A stretch of 64,000 nt of DNA from positions 156,550,001 through 156,614,000 of the forward strand of contig OZ024743.1 of the NCBI GenBank assembly GCA_964016885.1, read 5' to 3'. Below are positions 14,331 through 27,729 of the stretch, in pieces; positions within the stretch are counted from its first letter, which is position 1, and each line of letters begins with the position of its first letter. A program made the translations under genes and the position numbers. The DNA comes from Eledone cirrhosa. Its lineage: Eukaryota. A model generated the notes under the pieces. It ran no database searches, was not told where the DNA came from, and was given only the letters and a program-made list of their open reading frames with translations.

Positions 14331-14386
14331 GATATATATATTTACTACCGTAAACTTTTGGTAGATGTATCTACATATATATATTT

Positions 14387-14387
<1 letters not shown>

Positions 14388-14446
<59 letters not shown>
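14388..14446. repeat. (GATA)n microsatellite
   Basis: Direct read. Confidence 0.95.
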
Positions 14447-14447
<1 letters not shown>

Positions 14448-16303
14448 AATACATATTGCCATATAAACGTAATTGCATTTATTATCAAACCAAAGTAAAC
14501 CACAAACCCCAGTAAACGGTAATGAAACACCTACATCCGACCCCACCCACAAAATGCCGACCACTCAACGAAGAGTTGAATCACGTTTATTGTTCTAAAT
14601 ATTTCCCCACCTGGGAAACTAACCATCAACCCGCATAAACTATTTGTATGGGGAATGCTAGACGGCATCCAGCTGCAGCCGTCGCATTACGTATGTTCTA
14701 TATATTTAAATCTGCAGCCACTACGAACCCATTACTTAAGATGCATAGAACTAATGAATAACCAGAACTAATCTTACGAAGTGACCACGCCACATACCCC
14801 TAACGAAACTTACTTGGCACAGAGTCATGCTCCGATACTAACTCTATCCTCAGCCACAAGAACTAGAACCATCCAGATTCAACCGAAACTCTCCAATCAC
14901 CATCGAATAATTCAACATGTTTACCCATTAATTGTGGTGAGAAGTCCAAGAAGGCAAAGGCTGAAGCCATATGTTCAGCTAAAAATAGCCGAGTGAAGAC
15001 CACTAGACACCTTATGAAGCAATTGCGTATGAGAAAATAAAGTAAATAGTAAAAAGAAAAAGATAGAAACAATTAAAACGCGGCAAAATACAAAACAAGA
15101 ACTAAAAGTGAATGAATGAAGCATTTGAACGTAAACCATAGTTTGATAGAAAATAATGTTAAATGAAATTATTCTATTCATAATATTACATAAGTAACAT
15201 ACAAAGCCGCAGAATAACTTCATAAAATTTACTCGATAACACGTGTATGTAGTCCATCGCTGCAATTTGAGATATGTTGAGAATGCCACCTCGTCCTGTC
15301 CAGAAGTAGCCTAGGTAGGAGACACTAGCTATGACATCTTCAATACAAGACAGTATTTTATACATCTATCAGTCTGCCATATATCAACCACCAGCGCACT
15401 CTAATTCGCAGCTACGTAAGCAAGTGATTCAATCAGCCATTACAATCATAACGCTATCCAGGTATGCTATTCATCGAATGTAATCCATCATAGACTACTC
15501 ACTGTGCATTCAGACGAAAATACATCATGAAGGACGGTAGACATCTGAGCTTGGCTATGTAAGTAATGAAATGAACACAAAATTAAAAAGACTATGGAAA
15601 TTCCAAAGCCTTTTTATTCCAGACACATCCATACACACAAGAATACACACACACTCACTCAGACACACACGCACGACGATTGATAGATTTAATTGCAATA
15701 CACGAGAGGAGTGCCAACTGTGAAACGAATGCCTCATTAAGAACATCGTTTTCTAGTTTGATGTTGGGACTAACAAGATAAAGTACACATACATTGGCAC
15801 CACATCAACTACATTTAAGGAGCGGATATACCTACATAGCGCTCATACAGCAACATATACAAGCGCTCCCACTCACGTTTGACCGACCTGATCTGAGACC
15901 TGAAGCAGAAAAACATAAAGTACCAGATTGGGTTGTCTATACGGAGACAGGAGGTCCGGTTTTCGATCGGAAAGAACCACTGCATCTTGTATCTAGGAGA
16001 ATCGGCATAAATCTTTAAGTTAAAAACAGCGATGAACTTAAAAGTGGAGATAGTTATGAACTGTCGCCATCGAAAAAAAAACCAGCTTTTCCGCCCTACT
16101 ATTCGGACCAAAAGCAACAACAATTAACATACACATCAACATCTTCAACATTATCACCACCATCTTCAACATATGTAGGTTTATATCTATGTCCATATGT
16201 GCATGTGTATATATGTACATATATACACACACACACACATATACAAGTGTGTGTGTGTGTATGTATGTATATGTATGTCTGTTTGTGTATGTATAATAAT
16301 ATG

Positions 16304-16343
<40 letters not shown>

Positions 16344-16376
16344 GAGATCAAAAGATGGTTAAAGGAGTTCCATATA

Positions 16377-16443
16377 TTTTATTATGCGCATTTCAAAAAC
16401 AAACATCATCAAGCAATAATCTTTGTGTTTTCATCAGATAAAA
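16377..16443 (-). ncRNA. Type I hammerhead ribozyme motif
   Basis: ttttat-CTGATGA-aaacacaaag...tttgttttt-GAAA-tgcgca (palindrome)-TA|ataaaa. Confidence 0.75.
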
Positions 16444-17444
16444 CAGGAGAACATGATATGAAGGCCAAAAAACACCTGTGGATAGTGCAGTTTTAAATCA
16501 ACATATGAAAAGTGGTTTTAGATTGATGTGTGATATTGGGAAAAATATTTTATTTAGAGAGGGGGGGAAGGATGAAAAGGGAAGGAGATGAGAGGGAGAG
16601 ATGGGTGATAGAGAGAAAGAGATAGTTTTTATAACTGAGAGGAGATATATTTTTTACATAAAGAGGTTGAAAACCGTTGGAAGATACTGTATAAATTAAA
16701 AATTTTGAAAATTAACGAAGGGAGGATATGTGCGAGGAAAAAATATTTTATTTAGGGAGGGGGGGGGAGGATGAAAAAAAGGGGGAGGAGATGAGAGTGA
16801 AGGTGGAGAGGGAGAGATGGGTGATAGAGAGCTAGAGATAGTTTTTATAACTGAGAAAAAGATATATTGTTTTAATATAGAGAGGTTGGGAACCGTTGGA
16901 AGATAATGTATAAATTAAAGGAATTTGAAAATTAACGAAGGGAAATTCTGTATGAAGATAGAGAGAAAAAAATAATAATTGTGGGTGAATATTCTAACGT
17001 CAAAAGAAGAAATGTATGTATTGTGGCAATTTCAAAATTAGCGAAGAGAAAAATTGTTAAGGTTTGTGTGTAGAAGGATTTGAGAAAAATAATGTGAAGT
17101 TAAAGTTTGTATATTGATTGAATTGATAATATGTGCGAATAAAGAGTTAATATGTATTAATAATGAGTTCGTTGATGGGGAGAACAAAATAATAATAAAT
17201 TAAGGATGAAATTGAGATTAAAAAGATTTATGATAGAGAGAAAAAATAATAGTGATTGCGGATGAATATTCAAATGTCAAAAACAAATGTTATGATTTTA
17301 CGAGAAGATAGAATGAGGGTAATGAGTAAACGAGTATTATAGAGTGTATAATGCCCTTTAAAGTAAGGTAGATGGGTATATTTTAAAGAGGTGTATGTAT
17401 ATGTGCCTTTGAGAAAAGATTCTAAATTGATAAAGAATTGAATA

Positions 17445-19020
17445 TTAACTGTATACTTTGTGAAAAGTTCTATGGAATTTATGCAGGCAGATAGAAAACA
17501 AATCTGAGCGTCTATTTATTATAGAATCTAGGTTAGAGATAATGGTAAATTTTTCATTTAGGCAGAGATTACAGATTTTAGATAGAGAGCTGTTCAAGTA
17601 TGAGGATGCAGAAGAAATATTCTTCCAAAAGATGGTATATTTAATGTTTTTGTCTTTTAAGGACCATATGAGTTCTGAGAGAGCAGTGTTAGTTATTTTA
17701 AGTTTGTATTTGAAAGATGAATGATGATTATAGAGACGAGCTTTAAAAGAGGTGGAAGTGGAGCCAAAATAGGTGAAGGAATTGGTGCTAGTTATAATTT
17801 TACATTCATAAATTAATTTTTTATCGAGGCAATGGTTGTTGAGAGGACAATTATTTTTAATGCGGCAGTTGCAATTAGAGAGATTATTAATGAGTGATCT
17901 AGTGTTATCTATAGAAGGAATTGGATTGGAGAAGTTGTTGCGATAGGAATAATAGGAATAATAGTTTCTTGATTTAGATTTGGATTATGAACATTTAGCG
18001 AAGTTGTGTTTGACGTTGTATTTGGGTTTACAGAAGTTAGCCTAGGGTTTACAATGACGTCGGGAGTACTATTACTGTTATTATGAAATTCAATATTGGA
18101 AGGAAGAGATTTAGTATTTAATATTTTGTTGTTGTGTTTAGAGATGATGTTGCAAATATTGGAGGATGTAGAATACGAAAATTTGATGGTGTGTTTGTTA
18201 AATATTTTACTATAGATATGTGAGGGAGGGAAGCATTTATTTAAGGCACTAAAAAATAATTTAGGAATATTGTTATTAATAGAGATGGAGAAAGGAGCAT
18301 TATACCAGATTATGTTTTTGTATCTAGGTCTTTTATTAAAATTATTGGAATGGTCATGATTAATTATTCTACTGTAAGTTTTTCTAGAATTTGTTTCTTT
18401 ATTATATTTGATTTTATCTGGATAGCCGGCTTTAGAAAGTGCGTTATTATAGTAATTGGCGTTAGCATCAAAGATGTTTTTTATTAGAAGATATGTTAGA
18501 TATTCTATTTCCAATATTATTAACTATAGCATTCTTGATATTGGTAGGATGGTTAGATTTAAAGTTAACATAATTAAGGTTCTCATTGTTTTTATGGTAA
18601 GGGTAATATAGGCCAGTGTCAAGATTAAGAGATACATCCAAGAAATTAGCTAGTTTGATAATATTATCAAATTCAATTTTTAGGTTATGTTGGTTAAAGC
18701 GATTACGTATATTGTTCTTAATAATATTAAGTTTAACTATATTGCAATTTAGGATAGTAAAGAGTCCATCGTCACGATAAATTCCACCGCGAAGTTGAGG
18801 AATTTTCCGACTCAAAGAGTTCAAAATGAAGATACCAATTAAATCAGTCAATTGGGATGAATCGGATGCTCCCATTGTGATGTCGAAGTTGTTAGAGGTA
18901 TCGGCTCTGGTCCAATATTCGTTGTTGAACTCTAGGATGGTTTTACGTGCGGTGAGGATGATGTGAAGTTCATCTGTGGTGATGTCAGAATATTTAAGTG
19001 CGAAAGATAGAGCATTATTG
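17445..19020 (-). pseudogene. Naiad-type RT (C-terminal part), thumb/linker and GIY-YIG endonuclease
   Basis: MGASDSSQLTDLIGIFIL; GIYRDDGL (YRDD); FLDVSLNL; IIWYNAPFS; CNCRIKNNCPL; LIYEC...YFGSTSTSFKARLYNHHSSF; CNLCLNEK. Two frameshifts. Confidence 0.92.
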
Positions 19021-20144
19021 ATTCTATAATAAATAGACGCTCAGATTTGTTTTCTATCTGCCTGCATAAATTCCATAGAACTTTTCACAAAGTATACAGT
19101 TAATATTCAATTCTTTATCAATTTAGAATCTTTTCTCAAAGGCACATATACATACACCTCTTTAAAATATACCCATCTACCTTACTTTAAAGGGCATTAT
19201 ACACTCTATAATACTCGTTTACTCATTACCCTCATTCTATCTTCTCGTAAAATCATAACATTTGTTTTTGACATTTGAATATTCATCCGCAATCACTATT
19301 ATTCTTTCTCTCTATCATAAATCTTTTTAATCTCAATTTCATCCTTAATTTATTATTATTTTGTTCTCCCCAACATTATTAATACATATTAACTCTTTAT
19401 TCGCACATATTATCAATTCAATCAATATACAAACTTTAACTTCACATTATTTTTCTCAAATCCTTCTACACACAAACCTTAACAATTTTTCTCTTCGCTA
19501 ATTTTGAAATTGCCACAATACATACATTTCTTCTTTTGACGTTAGAATATTCACCCACAATTATTATTTTTTTCTCTCTATCTTCATACAGAATTTCCCT
19601 TCGTTAATTTTCAAATTCCTTTAATTTATACATTATCTTCCAACGGTTCCCAACCTCTCTATATTAAAACAATATATCTTTTTCTCAGTTATAAAAACTA
19701 TCTCTTTCTCTCTATCACCCATCTCTCCCTCTCCACCTTCACTCTCATCTCCTCCCCCTTTTTTTTCATCCTTTCCACCCCCCTCCCTAAATAAAATATT
19801 TTTTCCTCGCACATATCCTCCCTTCGTTAATTTTCAAAATGTTTAATTTATACAGTATCTTCCAACGGTTTTCAACCTCTCTATGTAAAAAATATATCTC
19901 CTCTCAGTTATAAAAACTATCTCTTTCTCTCTATCACCCATCTCTCCCTCTCATCTCCTTCCCTTTTCATCCCCCCCCCCTCTCTAAATAAAATATTTTT
20001 GAAATGCGCATAATAAAATATATGGAACTCCTTTAACCATCTTTTGATCTTATATTATGCATACTCCAGTCCCACAAACTGTAGAGTGCTTCTTATACGA
20101 TATTTGCATTGCTTTATTGTACTACAATAAAACTCACCTCCTAC

Positions 20145-20352
<208 letters not shown>

Positions 20353-20921
20353 TGTCTCATGGTCGGGTCGTTGGCGACTAAACTGGCAACCCCACCAAGG
20401 TTTCTTGGTGAGGAGGGTGACTTTGGACATCCTGCAGGACTAAAAACAAAACCTGTCAAAGAGCAAAGGAGCTATTACGAGACAATGGCCATTAACAATC
20501 ACCGGGAGAGATGACCCCTTAGCCTTTGTCAAGGCAGAATTCTAGAAGAAGGAAAACTCTGATATAACACCTGCAACCCTGATGGTATCCAATGATGTTG
20601 ACTTGTTCTTCTTTTTTTGTAAATATCATCTTGCTTAAGAGAGTGGGACTGGCTTTGTGCAGTGCCTTCGCTCACTATAAAAGCTTCACGGCACAGGCAT
20701 TGCTTTATATCTGGAGATCTCTTCGCACTTGTCATCACATGGTACCATGGGTCCAGCACTATGTGTCAATAATTGTCACAAGTGTAGTGTTTGTACCAGA
20801 ATTTTCAAGTCGCTGGTTGAACTAAAAAGTCACATTCGTTCAGCGCATCGGTAGGGGTTCTCCTACATGGATATATAGTGGTGGCCGTACTCGAAAACGA
20901 GTTGGCAGCCACTACATATAT

Positions 20922-21010
<89 letters not shown>

Positions 21011-21014
21011 CAAT

Positions 21015-21474
21015 ATCGGAGAAAGCTTTTTAGCGATACTCCGGCCAAATTCCAACTCACTCAACAAACATTAGGAACTAAGTGAGTATATTCCTAATTA
21101 AACGTTCGGGGTGTTAACTAAATGTATTGTGTGGAAAATTGGCTGTATTATTTCATATGAGGCATATCTAACATATCTCTTCTCAGACGGACGTCTCGTT
21201 TCATTATAGGATTCCTACAATTTGGGTGAAATTATACCAATTTATGTAGGAGCTTGTATACCATCAATAGATATATATTCAAGTGGGCCCCTATAATTCA
21301 TCAGTGTGTGCCCCAATAATACTAATATTGATAATCTAACCAACATCAGTATTTAGCGATAATCATCATCTGTGCCTGAGGTATATGTCAGGTTGCCAGT
21401 CCAGCAGTTCTAAAGAAGTGCTCAAACTGATTAAAAAAATGAGGAAGCCAAATTCCAACTCACTCAACAAACAT

Positions 21475-21476
<2 letters not shown>
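21015..21476 (-). mobile_element. Non-coding HHR-bearing element, copy A (retrozyme-like or solo pLTR)
   Basis: Homologous in inverted orientation to 25645-25967. A 30-bp segment repeats at 21044 and 21447 (period 403). Flanked by (TA)n. Confidence 0.7.
21184..21310 (-). ncRNA. Type I hammerhead ribozyme with branched stem II
   Basis: CTGATGA-attatagg[two hairpins]cctataat-GAAA-cgagacg-TC. Stem I is imperfect. Confidence 0.72.
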
Positions 21477-21505
<29 letters not shown>

Positions 21506-21908
21506 CTGTATGTATATATAGATCGGTGTATATGTGTGTGTATATGCCTGTGTGGTTGTGTGTATCAATCTAGGCTGTATGTGTGTGTATCTATATATAC
21601 CTGTAGCAATGCCTGGATGCTAAAGCCTAAGTCTATGTTGGAATAACCGCACGATTTTGCGTATATATCTGGGCTAGTCTGGGATCCGTAGGTATATCCA
21701 TAATAGCACTACTGTTATTATTATCATCGTTTTACTTTATTCCATTACTATATGTAATTACTTCTCTCTAATATTTATTATTTTCTATCCTTAGTATACA
21801 TATTTTCTTCATTCTATATGATTTCTTTAGTGTATTATCTATATCTATACTTATATCTACCATAATTATCACCGTATAACTTTGACACATTATAATTTAT
21901 TGGCAGTA

Positions 21909-22473
21909 GGGCAGTGGATTGGCAGTATCGGTAGAGAGTCTGACATCATGCTTTGAAGCATAGAGTTACGTCCCTTTATGATCTGAGTTCAAATCCCGCT
22001 GAGGTTAACTTTGCATTTCATCCTTACTGGGTCAATCAAATAACGTACCAGTAATGTACTGAGTAATTGCTGGCCTTGTGCCAAAAGTAGAAACAATTAT
22101 AATTTGTACATTGATAGGTAGTATCGGTAGAGGGTCGGATGCCATGCTTTCCAGCATAGTTACGTCCCTTAACGACCTGAGTTCAAATCCCACTGATGTT
22201 GACTTTGCCTTTAATCCTTACGGGGTCTATAAAATAAATTACCAGTAATGCACTCGTGAATTGCTGGCCTTGTGCCAAAAGTAGAAACAATTATAAGGGC
22301 GGTGGATTGGTAGTATTGGTAGAGGGTCGGACGCCATGCTTTGACGCATTGAGTTACGGCCCTTGCCATTCTGAGTTTAAATCCCGCCGAGGTTACGGGG
22401 TCGTTAAAATAAAGTACCAGTAATACACTGGCTGAATTGCTGGCCTTGTGCCCAAAGTAGAAACAATTATAAT
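21909..22473 (+). mobile_element. Three head-to-tail SINE family B copies
   Basis: Units at ~21909-22103, 22115-22275 and 22277-22473, each ending ggccttgtgcc(a/c)aaagtagaaacaattataa. Confidence 0.88.
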
Positions 22474-23289
22474 GTGTACATTACGTTTTTATATTCCGTT
22501 TAATTTTTTTGTCAGATGTTATATCTTATATTTTATATCACATTTTATACATTTCACTTATTCCATGTTATTCCATGTTTTAATGTAATTCCATTTAGTC
22601 ACTCCCCAAATGTATGTATATACGCATGCATTTGTTTATTTATGTGCCCCATTGTATTTGTCAGCTGTTAATTTCTATCATGTATTTTTATTCTCCCTCA
22701 CTTATTCATACTTTTATTTATACCGTCTTTCGCCTCAATATATATCCTGTCCTCTCCCCCCCCCCCCCCTCTGCTTCGCTATCACCTCTCATCATTATTT
22801 AAATATGACTTTCAAACCCTCATATCACCACACACACCCCAATCTGCCCACAATGAAAATGGTAAACACATCACTCCACCCCCATCTTTACCACTGGCTG
22901 TACCCTACCAACATTCATTCACCTTCTCAATACGTTTCTTCTTTTTACATCTTCCCTTCCTCTCTCTTACCACTTCACATTTTTCTTCCTAAAACAACCA
23001 ATCAAAACACAGAAACAATTACCACCCCAAATGAATGAGAACGGATATATTTTTTAAAGCTCTACTCGAAATATTCCGCCATTAAGCAAAGAGAAGTCTG
23101 ATGAGCTTAGATTCCAGAGTCGGGCCCGATCTACAGATATTGAACATTGAGTTGAAAGGCATGTCACACGTGAATACTGTTCAGGCTAAGACAATATTCT
23201 ATTATGCTTGTGCCTCCGTATTTTATCTGAGTATTTCATCAATTCTATGTGTTGATACGATCCTTATTTCTATCTTATCTATTGAGACC

Positions 23290-24355
23290 TCATGTTCTAA
23301 TTAGGCATGTTGTTATATCTGTAATGAGCTTTTCGCCTTAAGTTTTCGCCCATGTTCCTTTAATTTCTCTCCTATACTAAAGTCTGTCCCTTCTATGTAT
23401 GTTGTCGTCTTTTTTTATTTTTAGCATCGGTTCTCTATACCTTTTCTGCTATAGACTACATTTTTCGTTTTAAATTTTATCTGTAGGCTTGTCTTACAGA
23501 TTATACAGTTTCTATTAGTACAGGAGTATTCCTAACGAGGTATGTCCTACTGATACCGAATTTCATGTTATGCCCTGGCTTTACTACTACTTTAATCCGT
23601 TTTTTTTTTAAAGCTCTTCTAAAATGATATACTAGTCGCTTCAAGTTGTAGCTTCTATGATAATGACTCTGGTATGTTTAGCTGTAATACCATGAGTTTG
23701 CCAACCCTATCTTTTTCTTAGTCTAATCTAGGCTATTCCCTGGTCTGCCTCTGTATAGTGGGCAAATCCAATCCATAACACTCTCCATAATGGTTTCCAA
23801 TTTAGCCATGGTTCTTTTGCACACCCTGATCCTCTATATTTTGTAACAACCAGAAAACTGCAGGCGGTGGATAAAATGTTGTACGTATCTCTTTAAGTCT
23901 GTTTGATCGCACATGCGGAACTCATATCTCGTCACCCTTACCACCTCCGCTATTAAGATATTGAACTTAGCCCTATATGAGATAGCTGAGTTTCGGTGGA
24001 TCAGATAATTGGAAGTCATGAGTTTGGCATAATATGAATGGAGATTTGAACTTTAACATTCCTCGTTTCCATCCAGATTTCTGTGTCTAACACGAGTAAT
24101 CTATGGTTGGGTGCTTAGCGGAGTTGTCTACTGTTATCTTAATGCTCTTGTGAATGGAGTTAGCTATTTGCTTGATGCTCTCTATGGTAAACACTTTTGG
24201 TTCCGATTCATCAACATAGCGGGAGTACATGATTATGCCTATGGAGTTTTCAGCTAAGCGTTGTTTGAATTCCTGTCCTACCACACCATGAACAGATTAG
24301 CCTCATCATCAGTGCCGCTTACACAGATCGCCGCCCCTCTTCTTGGGCGTACGTT
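23290..24355 (-). pseudogene. Decayed Neptune-type PLE RT and GIY-YIG remnant
   Basis: IIMYSRYVD, SIKQIANSIHKSIKITVD, MTSNYLIHRNSAIS, VQHFIHRLQFSG. Homologous to 27730-29120. Confidence 0.8.
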
Positions 24356-24849
24356 TAATCTTTATATATTTGATTTGGGATGTAAGTAATTATAGTATAT
24401 TTACGATACAGTAATAATTGTTTGTTTAAAAAAAATGGTGTGTAATTTTACATTGAAACATTAGAAATTTAAGCTGTTTGCACTTAAGTAGTAATTTAAG
24501 AGAGATCATTGTTACGGTCTGATATCAACGACTTGGTGGAAAGTTATCTTTGTTTAGAGGTAATAAAGTTCTAAAGGCCTTTGTTAGTCTTTTAGTTTGA
24601 CTGATATTTGACTGCAGGGCATTAGCTATTGTTGCCTTTGTCTTTACTTTCTCACTTTCTCTCAGTTGGTCTTGAAGAATGGTCGCATTGCTAGGAACGA
24701 TCCAGCTATGTGAGGCCTGATGTCAGTAGTTTATTTTGTATATCTCAGATTATGTGTTTGAACCTTTTCATATATGCATATTTTAGTATATATTATTTCA
24801 TCTTAATTATGTTTTGCATTCGTATGTACATACATTTATTTAAAGTAAA

Positions 24850-25025
24850 TAATTGTTTTTAATTTAGGCACAAAGCCAGCAATTACCCAGTGCATTACTG
24901 GTACTTTATTTTATCCACCCCGTAAAGGATGAAAGGCAAAGTCAACCTCGGCGGGATTTGAACTCAGATCGTAGAGGGACGTAACTATGCTGTCCGACCT
25001 TCCACTGATACTACCAATCCACTGT
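24850..25025 (-). mobile_element. SINE family B with 19-bp TSD
   Basis: Reverse complement of the family B consensus. tttatttaaagtaaataat at 24835-24853 and 25026-25044. Confidence 0.88.
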
Positions 25026-25644
25026 TTTATTTAAAGTAAATAATGACACTTTTTTGTCGCTATTGGTCATCGTATTTTCTATCATATTTACATTTTTCAT
25101 CGTGGATGCATTTCGTTCATTTCTTAAATTCATTTCGTATTTTATTGATTTTTAATTTGGTTTTTACGTTATGTTATTAGAACTAGACTTCCCGATGATC
25201 GGCATCACGTCATATTAGTTGATAGATTGAGGGTGTAAGATAGAGCGTACACAGGAGATCGTGGAGCAGAGGGATTGTATTAGCTGCAGATAATAATAGC
25301 TTCGGCTTGTTATATAGAAAATACATAATATAACTGCTGCAACATCAGAGCGTCTGTCTTCCCCATTCGCTTGCAATTAAGATCTGGTTACGTAAGCCGA
25401 GTTTGAGAGAATACGTAGTTCACGTATGATCTGATGAATTTGAACTGTGACTACGGCTTGTTTGACTTGCGTCATGGGTACAGGTTGGAGTTAGGGTTAG
25501 GGATTTTGTTGAGGGTGTGTAGACTGATTGGAACAATAACGGTCTTATGTACGTGTATGTATACAATATTTATCGACTCATCTATAGACTTTGGTCTTTG
25601 TATTTATTATTACTACTACTATTATATATATATATATATATATA

Positions 25645-25967
25645 TGTTGATTTAGTTATTAATATTGATATTATTGGGCACCCACTGAAGATTTAGAAGA
25701 TCCCACTTGCATGGGAATACATTGATCTTTTGCAAGCTTCTACATAACCTGGTAACATTTCACCTACCATGTAGAAATCTTACAATGAAACGATCGTATG
25801 GGGAATAACTTTTTAATATATCTCATATAAAATAATACAGCCGATTATCCACAGAATACAATATAGTTAGCACCCCAAACGTTTAATTGGGAATGTACTC
25901 CGGTATTTCCTAATGTTTGTTGGGTGAGTTGGAAATTGGTCGGAGTATCGCTAATAGCTTTCTCCGC
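25645..25967 (+). mobile_element. Non-coding HHR-bearing element, copy B
   Basis: Diverged homolog of 21015-21347, with (TA)n on both sides. Confidence 0.72.
25681..25802 (+). ncRNA. Type I hammerhead ribozyme with ~95-nt branched stem II
   Basis: ccca-CTGAAGA-[aagat / cttgca..tgcaag / ttctaca..tgtagaa / atctt]-GAAA-cgatcg-TA|tggg. Confidence 0.75.
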
Positions 25968-26424
25968 TTATGCATTTGTATATATATATATATACAGAGC
26001 GAAAGAGAGAGAGAAAGAAATGAGAGAGACAGGAGAGAGAGAGAGACAGGAGGGAGAGAGAATAGAATTATAATTTAGCTGCAGGCATAGTTGTATACAG
26101 ATATGTATTTGAATTTCATATTTCAGGAAAAATACGGTTTGTATATAATAAACATGGTGTTTTGGCATACCTACCTCTCTCTAAATGTTTATTATAGACA
26201 TACCGTATTTCTTCTGAAATACGAAATTCCAATACATATATTTATACAACTGCGCCTGAAGCTAAATGCTATTGTATTAAAAGTTGAGCAATCGTATACA
26301 GCTTCATATGCACATGAAGTTAATCACCTTGTTTACACAGACCACAACCATATATTCTCTCCTGTTTTCAAAGTTCAGCAGTTTCAAGAGTGGGAGGGAT
26401 CGTGCTGAGGCGAACCAGTTCAGT

Positions 26425-26498
<74 letters not shown>

Positions 26499-26499
26499 T

Positions 26500-27241
26500 A
26501 CAACATTTAGTACAGCAACAACGAAGCTCTGGTTACAGCCAAGCTAAAGAATGCATTCTCGATGTGCAGCTAAGCACTCGATAGGGTATATTACCTTAGA
26601 GTTATAACATTACGTTTAGACAGCTTTGCAAATCGAATAGAGTGACCGACAGAAGGGCCGCCGTGACCATAGCGGCGAAAAGAACTCGACTCAGGAAAAA
26701 ATGTTTGACTATCCTCCACCATCGCGTCGGAATCCTACTTAACACATAATATATATCATATAATATACATCACATCCTATATAACATCTCCGCTAGGTTT
26801 CTGTAAATCCGAAATCCACAAAATCCACTTGCAGGCGTCTGCAAGTTAATGGTTTTTGATGATAGAACAGTGGAGTTTATTTCGTCAACAAGTTTTCCGT
26901 TCTAGTCCGCCCGAGTGTGTATTCTAGCTGTAAGCACTGCTAAAAGGCACATGGTTTTCCAAGAGGGAGGTAACCCCCGGTTTTTGCGGTGAATTCAAAT
27001 TTGGAACAAAGGAATAACATTCCCTTACACAAACCGAATTAAGCACTCAACTAGAAGTTATCAAACAAACATAAACAATTAATCGATCAATAGAATTGTC
27101 TAATTAAATTAATCAATTAATCGTTAATTCTAGGAGATAATAATACACAAGTTAGTACAGCATCAATGAAGCTCTGGTTGCAGCCAAGTAACGAATGCAG
27201 TCTCGATGTGCAGCTAAGCACTCAATAGGGTATATTACCCT
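26500..27241. mobile_element. Non-coding terminally redundant element (period ~645 bp) in (TA)n
   Basis: ttagtacagca...gggtatattacc at 26507 and 27152. A diverged third fragment lies at ~50962-51160. Confidence 0.65.
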
Positions 27242-27729
27242 ATATATATTTATATATTAGAGAGTGAGGTCTTTTTACAAAATGAGAAAAGAACGAGGTG
27301 TCCTACACGAGTGAAAGTATAGGGAAAAGGAATGAAATCGAAAATCCAACTGCAATCTTTTTTTTTTAAATATATATTTATTTGGTTCCTTTACCAGTTT
27401 CGCAGTTCTTCTGCTTTTCAAAAGTAGAATTGAGATGGAGGTTTTGTGGTTTTTCTCATGTATATATATATATATATATATTTCGTTTCTGAATTTGTTT
27501 AGCAAGATTCTTAATCTGAAAACGTGTGTTGAAACCGATATTGTTATACTTTGGGAGGGTCATGTTGCCAATAAGAAAAACACGCACCAGTTGCTTTCAC
27601 TTCAATTTATTATAATAAATTTATAAACTTAGGAATTTATAAAATTCTGGTTGGTTGGTTGGTTCCACAACCAGATAGTTGTTTATATATTGTTAAAGTT
27701 CTTTCATCACACATTATGTGACCTCTTGA

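Larger units (their letters stand above)
16340..20056 (-). mobile_element. Penelope-like element (Naiad-type), 5'-truncated, with inverted pseudo-LTR
   Basis: 19021-20056 is a near-identical reverse complement of ~16340-17528, lacking ~16400-16545. Both ends finish in atcttttgatct(c/t)atatta. Confidence 0.9.

Noticed and set aside
14990-15035. HHR-like gtgaaga...gaa-gcaattgc-gta
   Set aside because: Core and stems too degenerate to support.
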